DNA of 63,990 bases, counting the filler, from Olpidium bornovanus S191 (lineage: Eukaryota > Fungi > Olpidiomycota): NCBI GenBank assembly GCA_017911155.1. It is 31 parts of 31 records of this genome, joined end to end, with 100 filler letters (N's around TTAATTAATTAA, not from the genome) between each part and the next. Parts side by side here need not be neighbours in the genome. Positions count along the whole stretch, not along the records: positions 58,393 to 60,397 come from JAEFCI010012427.1; positions 60,498 to 61,632 come from JAEFCI010009567.1; positions 61,733 to 62,853 come from JAEFCI010003782.1; positions 62,954 to 63,990 come from JAEFCI010012806.1; 27 more parts are not named here. One strand, given 5' to 3'. This document shows positions 58,980-63,990 of the stretch, piece by piece (the stretch's first letter is position 1; every line of letters begins with the position of its first letter). The notes beneath the pieces are model-generated. The model saw nothing but the letters and a program-made list of their open reading frames with translations, made no database searches and was not told the origin of the DNA. The position numbers and the translations under genes were made by a program.

Positions 58980-60070
58980 GGAAGAAGGCATCAGCTACGT
59001 CGATGGCAGAATTGCCTGTCAGAGGTGCTGCCTCCGGCCATTTCGTAAACATGTCAGTGAAGACGGCAATGTGACGAGCGCTGGAGTCGGCGGCTTCGGG
59101 CAGATCTGTTATGAGATCGATCGCCACAGCACAGAAGGGCTCTTCTTCTGTGATTGGATGCAGCGGCCGCAGCCACGGGCGTGGGGCGCGCTCAAAGCGT
59201 TGGTGGATTTCGCAGCCGCGGATGTACTCTGCTCATGCCCTTCCAGAAGAAGGGCTGGAATAAGGCATCATATACCTTGTTTTTGCCAAGGCGCCCAGCC
59301 AGGGGTGCCTTAAGTGCGAGCTCAAGGATTTCAGCGTGATCTGCCTGGGGAATGACTAAATATCCATTCTGCACTTCTCAGCACTACTGCCAAAGGGCCT
59401 GCTGGCTTTTTGCAGCGGTTGGCCGGGTACGAAGTGGGGTGTGGTGATGACGCGGAGGCCGTCTGTCGCCACTGCCATGTTTGCCACCATTTGCCGTCAT
59501 GTGGTGCTTCGTGGCTTTGGTTAGTAGCTGCAGTGTCGGGATCTCTTTCCGTAGGAAAGTGAAGAGAGCATGGGTACCCAGGTCGTGACGCTGCGCGGCG
59601 ATAATTCGGGCGCAATGAGGTCGTCAACAATGATTCTGCGAGCGGCTCAGGAGGGGCTCGGTCAGGCCAAGCCACTTCGGCGGCAAAGACGACAGTATTC
59701 AAAATGTTGGTCTCCATGGCTGGAAAATCCACGCTCTGTAGGGAGACTTGCGCGTAGGCGGCCTCTGTCGTTGAAATGCAAAGATGCATGCGCTGCGCAG
59801 CTGGCAGCAGTGTAGCTGTGGACCGGGCATTGACCAGGTCTGTGTACTGCGGTATATCATCGGGTGACCACGCGGGGTCTGCATCAGTCACCGGAAACCG
59901 TCTTGAGGTGCCATTGATGTCGTTGATCCTCCCAGGCTTTGGTTTGATCGTGAGGTCAAAGTCGGAGAGCCGCATGGCCCAGCAAGCCAGGTCGCCTTTC
60001 TGCATACCAAGGAGCCATTTTAGGGAACCGTGGTCGGTTTCGACGTCGAAAGTATGAGCAGAACTTTTCA
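58980..60070 (-). mobile_element. Decayed Ty3/gypsy pol: RNase H end, integrase Zn finger and core
   Basis: TDHGSLKWLL...ACWAMRLSDFDLTIKPKPG; VIPQADHAEIL...AGRLGKNK...FFWKGM; AIDLITDLP...VFTDMFTKWPEAAPL. Stops and frameshifts are present. Confidence 0.88.
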
Positions 60071-60773
60071 CAGGCGTGGAACGGGGGCCAAAGGCCGAAG
60101 GGCGGAGAGTAAGAGCGAATGCGTTTGTTTTCTGGTTACTGTGTTCGGGTGAGGGTGAGGCGTGAATTTTCCTGTGGCGCACTTTCCGAGAGGGGTTTTT
60201 ATACCCCCCCGTGATGCGCGCGCGCGCCTTGGGCACCGTCCGGGGCTGACCCCGCAGACACCTTTGCGGGCCCAGTCATGGCGCCCAGCAATGATCGATG
60301 GGGCAGTTGATGTAAGGCGACGGTATCGAAGAGCGGGCGAAGAAGAGGAGAGCGGGGTAACAGTGCGATTAGCATTATCGTCAGCGGAGGTCTCAACNNN
60401 NNNNNNNNNNNNNNNNNNNNNNNNNNNNNNNNNNNNNNNNNTTAATTAATTAANNNNNNNNNNNNNNNNNNNNNNNNNNNNNNNNNNNNNNNNNNNNGCA
60501 ATGTACAGGGTTGCCATTTGGACCAAACAGCGGACAATCGCCGGCGCTCGGACGCAATCGACGGAAACTTCTCACCCTTCCTCACGTCACCCTGTCAGCA
60601 AAAACGCCGGGAAGCATGTTGACGCCGTACACTGGCTGGCGAGGGGGCGGTCGCGCCCGTCCGGAATGGGCGGCGGCGAGCGCCAGCCGAGTCTTTTCCG
60701 GGTAAAGGGCCGAACCGAAGTTCCTGCGACGCCGCGGCGGGTCCGAGGGGGTACGGACCAAAAAGCGCGCTCG

Positions 60774-61620
60774 TCAAAAAGCCTGGAACACCAGGAACTG
60801 GACGGTGGAAATCAAAACAAAGTACGGCGCGACCGGGGGGGGAAGGGGGGGGGGGGCCCACCTGCGGTCCGGCTGCTGCGCGGCGGTTGGCTCGAGTAAT
60901 TCAGGCGGACGCCGAGGCAGGCTGCGGCACACTTTTGCGCGTGCGGCGTCAAAATCGTGCTGCGCGAACCGCGCCGGCGGCACTGCGGCAACTGAGCTTC
61001 CCTGTCTCTCCGCTCCATCAGCGTCGGCGGCAAGCGGCTTGGTAAAGCGGGCTCCGCCGGCACCTCTCCGCGCGGTTCTGAGAACGGGTCCGGCTGCTGT
61101 CAGCCGCGCCTGAATATCGCCGGCCGGGCGGTCTTCCCGTGCCCTCTCGATCCTTCTTGCCAGCGCCTCGGCCCTCCACTTCAGGGCCCATTTCCTCGCC
61201 ACCAGCAGCCGGCCGACCTCCTTTTCGGCCGCCCACCTGGCATAACCGCCGGCCGCGTGTCCGAGTTTCTCCATCCTCTTTTCCCTGAATTGGGCGGCCC
61301 ACGCCGCTTCCTCGATGGGAGATCGAGTGACCCAGCCCAGGCACGCTTCCCGTATCACCCGTCGCCGGCGTTCCTCCGCCGCCCGGCGGAGGCTCATGCG
61401 CTCGGCAGCCCGTGCCTTGGCGGATGAGAGCCAGGCGTGAAGGATATCACCCAGCAGTCGCCGCCGGCGGTGTCCGTAAGGTTGTCGCCAGTTCCGGTCG
61501 TATATTGATTTCCATGTAGTCCGCCGCGATCGCCAGTGAGCCGTAGCGGCGAATAGCAGCTTACGGGACCGGAACTCGTTCGCCAAGTCCTCCATCCGCT
61601 GCAATTTTGAAGGACCCAGG
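60774..61620 (-). CDS. SFI1-like centrin-binding repeat protein, C-terminal part (partial)
   Basis: Repeats fit Ax7LLx3(F/L)x2W: ANEFRSRKLLFAATAHW, RRRLLGDILHAW, AAEERRRRVIREACLGW; then ARKWALKW and a low-complexity tail. Confidence 0.62.
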
Positions 61621-61759
61621 ACTAACGTGAAANNNNNNNNNNNNNNNNNNNNNNNNNNNNNNNNNNNNNNNNNNNNTTAATTAATTAANNNNNNNNNNNN
61701 NNNNNNNNNNNNNNNNNNNNNNNNNNNNNNNNCCAACCTCATCTTGCCGCCAATCTTGC

Positions 61760-61905
61760 CGCCAATCCGGATCAAGCTGGCGGTTACGGGCAGACGCGAA
61801 AAGGTCGATAGTATGTGGACCCCAACGGGCATCCAAAGCTGCGAACCAGGCGGGGTGCAGCTTCCAATAGGTAGTGTGCGAACGTGAAGCGAGGAACAAC
61901 GAAGC
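61760..61905 (-). mobile_element. DIRS-type retroelement segment: RNase H end and Dam-like methyltransferase N-terminal motif
   Basis: LASRSHTTYWKLHPAWFAALDARWGPHTIDLFASARNRQL matches the DIRS W.L.P..F..+D..WGPHT+DLFAS..N motif. Confidence 0.7.
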
Positions 61906-62005
61906 GTCGTCAGGGAGAGGCGGGCGATAGGCCACTGAAGAGACAAGAGGCTCCGGCATTGAAACAACACTTCCATCCGGGGGGCGAGGCCCGCCCCCGA
62001 TGTCA

Positions 62006-62853
62006 TCACTTTGGCGGCAAAAGAACTTTGTCTTTGACGTCGTTTCCGTGTCCTTCTTCGAAGGCGTCGTCGAGCGAGCGATCCGACATAAAACAATATG
62101 CCAAACGATATGACGACGCGGGCAAACGATCCAACGCGGCGCTGTTGTTGTTGAGGCCGCAAAGAACCTTGTCCTTGACGCCGTCGTCGAGCAAACGATC
62201 CAAACGATCCAACGCGGCGGCATCCAAATGATCCGACGCGGCGGCATCCTCGGCATCCTCCTCCCCCTCCTGTTCAGCGACGAGGCGAGAAAGGGCATCT
62301 GCATCACGGTGGCGAGCTGCACTGCATTGACGACATTCGAAGGGAAAGTCGGCGAGAAACATGACCCAACGGGCGAACTTGCCGAAGAAGTCGGGCTTCT
62401 TGATCAAATCAACGATCGACGTACAGTCGGTCCACAGAACAAAAGGAGAGTGTAAAAGAAACGGGCGGTATTTGCGACAGGAACGGACAACTGCGAGACA
62501 TTCCCGTTCTGGCTGACTGTAGTTCTGCTCTGTCCGCGAGAGCTTCCAACTGCCATAGTAGCACACCCTGTGGTGGCCGGAGTCGTCGCGTTGATACAGG
62601 TTGCCGGAAATCACGCGTGGACCGGCATCGACTGCGAGCTCGAAGGTACGCGACGGATCTGGGTGAGTAACGACAGGAGCAGAGGCCAGGAACGCCTTCA
62701 AAGAACAGAAGCTTTCTTCTTCAACGGAGGTCCAGCGCCAGGGCGTCGATTTGCGCATAAGATCCGTGAGCGGGGCAGCAATGGCGGCGAAGTCAACCAG
62801 CAAGCGGCGGAAGTATTGCGCAAGTCCGACAAATTCGCGCACGGCACGGATCG
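62006..62853 (-). mobile_element. Ty3/gypsy RT thumb/connection and RNase H, open frame
   Basis: VREFVGLAQYFRRLLVDFAAIAAPLTDL...WRWT; FELAVDA; EQNYSQPERECLAVV; FVLWTD; ARWVMFLADFPF; DADALSRL. Confidence 0.92.
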
Positions 62854-62953
62854 NNNNNNNNNNNNNNNNNNNNNNNNNNNNNNNNNNNNNNNNNNNNTTA
62901 ATTAATTAANNNNNNNNNNNNNNNNNNNNNNNNNNNNNNNNNNNNNNNNNNNN

Positions 62954-63834
62954 CATGGCGTTCGCCATCGTCGTCAGCGCCGTTTTCGCCGTGGTGTTCC
63001 TCCTCTCGTGCTTCTCCGCGAAGCGCATTCGCCTGGCCATCCAGATCATCAAAGAGGCGAGCAAGGCCATCCGGGCGATGCCCCTCGTGGTGTTCCTCCC
63101 GGTTTTCAAGTACATCGCTCTTGCCCTCCTGTTTGGCTGGTTCGTTTATATAATGGCGTGAGTACCCGCTTTTGGATTTTTTTTTCCAGCCAATGCGGCC
63201 GAAATGCGTTTTCTTTTTCTCCCTGGGCGTTGACGAACGGACGTGGCTTTGGCAGGCTCCTCTCATCATCTGGAACCGTTACCGTCACAAACGCGCTCGC
63301 GGCAGCGCCGACGAACAACGTGACAGCAAAGGCACAAGCCCTCGTGTCGCAATACAGTCCCGACAAGTAAGCGTTTTCTGTCCCGCCCCCTTCCGAGCGA
63401 CGGTATTGGCCGGGGAGAGACTTCCGACCCCGACCGGATCGAACAATTTTTGTTTTGGCAGGATCCTCTCCGGGCTCCAGATCTACTACTTCTTTGGGCT
63501 TCTGTGGACGATGAACTGGATCATCGGCATAGGACAGTGCACGATCGCGGGCGCCGTCGCGACGTGGTACTGGACCCGCGACAAGCGCGCCTTGCCGGGC
63601 TACCCGGTGTTCAGGGCCCTGGCCCGGACGGTCCGCTACCACCTCGGTTCCGTGGCATTCGGGGCGCTCACGATCGCCGTCGTGCAAATGGTGCGGTTTG
63701 TCCTTTCCCAGGTCCAGGCCAGGGTGCGCGGCTCGCCGAACAAGGTGGCGCTGTACGCCATGGCGTGCCTGCAGTGCTGCTTCGCTTGCCTGGAGAAGCT
63801 CCTGAAATTCATCAACAAAAACGCGTACATCATG
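62954..63834 (+). CDS. Choline transporter-like protein (SLC44/CTL family), internal part (spliced)
   Basis: KRIRLAIQIIKEASKAI; FGLLWTMNW...QCTIAGAVATWYW; RYHLGSVAFGAL; CCFACLEKLLKFINKNAYIM. Confidence 0.93.
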
Positions 63835-63990
63835 GTACGAGTGGGTGGGGGGGGGGGGGGCGCGGGGGGGGGGGGGGGGCGGGGGGGTGGGGGGAGGGGG
63901 AGGGGTGAAGGCCGAGGCGCGAGGGAGAGAGACAGAGAGAGATAGAACAACGAACGGCGCCGCTTGTTTCCCTCCCGCGAAAAAAAAAAA

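Overview
This window is not one locus. It is 31 short contigs (about 1.0-3.8 kb) joined by an artificial 100-nt linker (N44-TTAATTAATTAA-N44, stops in all six frames), so no gene neighbourhood can be inferred across linkers. The DNA is from an intron-rich, mostly GC-rich eukaryote, most likely a zoosporic or early-diverging fungus (inference). Fungal-type VMA9, RXT3 and HDEL-BiP occur with genes absent from budding yeast, such as ITFG2, ELMOD, GMPPA, RAB5IF/OPTI and a TKL kinase. Recognisable genes, mostly partial and spliced: RAB5IF-like, eIF4B, RPL19, GMPPA, VMA9, DIS3L2-like, PBP1/ataxin-2-like, ELMOD, CUL3, RXT3, ITFG2, RAD17, an ankyrin protein, a Sec7 ARF-GEF, KAR2, SET1, a TKL kinase, a PP1-regulator-like protein, SFI1-like and SLC44. 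Mobile DNA includes Ty1/copia families with very short LTRs (about 104-123 bp) and a half-tRNAiMet PBS, plus Ty3/gypsy remnants. The most interesting items are a protein-primed family B DNA polymerase fragment (Polinton/virus/linear-plasmid type) beside an orphan intronless ORF, a gypsy RT-RNaseH abutting a DIRS-type methyltransferase-like motif, a modular satellite headed by perfect hairpins, a duplicated SET1 terminal exon, an orphan secreted protein and an AT-rich island with a mitochondrial-type tRNA-like fold. All protein assignments are by motif recognition, without database searches.
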